This document shows positions 62,301 to 64,000 of a DNA stretch of 64,000 nucleotides, in pieces. This DNA comes from Malacoraja senta. Taxonomy: Eukaryota. Positions within the stretch are counted from its first letter, which is position 1. Each line of letters begins with the position of its first letter. Location of the stretch: positions 1,736,001 to 1,800,000 of the forward strand of contig CM075989.1 of assembly GCA_038087875.1 (NCBI GenBank). The letters are read 5' to 3'. The notes under the pieces are model-generated. The model was not told the origin of the DNA. It was given only the letters and a program-made list of their open reading frames with translations, and did no database searches. Made by a program: the position numbers and the translations under genes.

Positions 62301-64000
62301 CAGACCATTCACCCTCGTGACTGATCACAAGCCACTACTAGTGATACTGGGTCCCAAGTCAGCTATACCTTCCATGGCGGCATCAAGGATGCAGCGTTGG
62401 GCAATTTTGCTGTCCCAGTATGACTACAAGGTAGAGTACAGAAGCTCCAAGTGCAACTGCAGTTGCAGATGCGTTGTCCCGTTGCCCCATGAGAACTCTG
62501 ACGTGGTAAGTGAGAACTCAATCTACACAATGCAAGTGGTAGATGAAGACTTTCCAGTGACTGCAACATAAATTGCAGCAGAAACAGAGAAAGACAATGT
62601 GCTGAAGTGGGTCTATGAACAAACATTGAACGGTCGGACTGAAATCGATTGTGGATTGAACTCAGTTCTGAACTCAGAGCTGAAGCCTTTCCATAATCGA
62701 TGCCATGAATTATCATGTGAGCAGGGATGTGTTAAGTGGGGTTACAGAGTGGTTGTACCAGAGTCTTTGAGAAACAAAATTATGAACGAACTTCATGCTG
62801 AACATCCTGGTATAGTAAGCATGAAGTCAATTGCCAGAAGTTTTGTGTATTGGCCTGGTATTGACAGTGACATCGAGTCACTGGTGAGCAAATGTAGTGT
62901 CTGCCAAAATTGCCAGAGTAAACCACCAAAAACACCACCCTGGTCATGGCCAAGTAGACATTTTCAGAGAGTTCATGTAGACTTTTGTGAAAAGGGTAAT
63001 GATCACTTTCTGGTGCTGGTAGATAGTCATTCCAAATGGATTAAGGTTAAACATATGGGGTCAAGCACTACTACTGAGTGTACCATAGATGAGTTGAGAT
63101 CCATTTTTGCATGCCATGGTTTACCGGAAGAACTTGTTTCTGATAATGGGCCTCAGTTTCGTTCAGAATGGTCCAAAGAGTTCATGCAGCGGAATGGTGT
63201 AAAACACACACTTGTTCCCCCATACCATCCAGCCTCCAACGGGGCGGAGGAAAGGTCTGGTAGAGTTGTCAATGATGCTCTCATGAAGCAGGTTTTGCAG
63301 GGTAGTTCAAAGCTCAGCATGAAACATCGTTTGGCTAGTTTCTTGCTGAAGTACAGAACCACACCACACTCAACAACGGGTTACTCACCTGCATAACTGT
63401 TGATGAAGAGAAGGCTAAGAATACGCCTAAGTCTAGTTCAACCCAATTTGGCCTTGAGAGTTGAGCAAAAACAGTTGTCAAAAATGCCATTTTGACTCCC
63501 ACAAAAAGGAGAGGTACTTCAAGCCAGATGAGCAGGTTCATATTCTCAGTCCTCCCAACAAGTCCAGTTGAGACAAATGGGATGTTGGGGAAATGGTGGA
63601 AGCATGTGGAACAAAAAGATACTGTTGAAGTTGGAAATAGGATCAAAAGTGTTCATGTTGATCAAATGATTCCAGCCAAAGATGAACCAAAAACTGAGCA
63701 CAAAGTCCTAATCCCTGATTTTCATCTGAAAGTGAGTTGGAAGAGACCACTGTGATTGAAACACAAAGTTCAGTTAGTACAGACAAAGAAACAGATTCCT
63801 CTGGTCAAAGTCAGGGTACTAAAACAGAGACAAACAAGCCTACAGTTGAGTCAACACCGAAACCTGTTACACCTGTTACTGTTAGATGATCAGGCAGGAT
63901 CTGTAAACCAGTAGTCAGGTTAGGGTTGTAAGTTAAATAACTCACTGCACAAGTAAAACAAAAATGTGTAGATATGTAAAATAAATATATTATGCTTATC
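59329..64000 (+). mobile_element. Ty3/Gypsy LTR retrotransposon (Mag-like); 3' LTR not in window
   Basis: Putative 142-bp 5' LTR TG..CA (59329-59470); PBS-like TGTTGACGAGG at 59475; gag-PR-RT-RH-IN order. Confidence 0.9.
59934..63750 (+). pseudogene. Gypsy gag-pol (two Zn knuckles, protease, RT, RNase H, integrase), disrupted
   Basis: DRFVCGL; CYRC..H....C; DTAAD; VRLCGDYK; CDASSYG, YAQIEKEAL, TDHKPL; HPG..M..YWP, HVDF, SDNGPQF, PYHPASNG. Confidence 0.93.

Overview
Repeat-dense vertebrate DNA. The HE1-type V-SINEs, CR1 LINEs and Neptune Penelope-like elements point to a cartilaginous fish (skate, ray or shark); that assignment is an inference. No intact host gene is recognisable. Bases 1-22.8 kb are a nest of five DIRS1-type tyrosine-recombinase retrotransposons (gag, RT/RNase H/methyltransferase-like, YR; ITRs plus an internal complementary region, ICR). 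An old defective minus-strand copy (D) was invaded by three plus-strand copies (A, B, C). B and C are joined head-to-tail by an exact copy of the circle junction. All visible ends sit on a (CT)ATT(TTA)-like core. Comparing copies suggests an expression scheme: an in-phase U-UUU-UUA -1 frameshift from gag into pol, and a phase-0 GT-AG intron that removes pol to express the recombinase. The remainder holds a full-length Neptune PLE with hammerhead-ribozyme terminal repeats, many PLE tails, CR1/Rex1/Tx1/L1 fragments, two non-autonomous Helitrons, SINEs, a Mag-type Gypsy element running off the right end, and weak minus-strand exon-like islands. Boundaries of degraded repeats are approximate.
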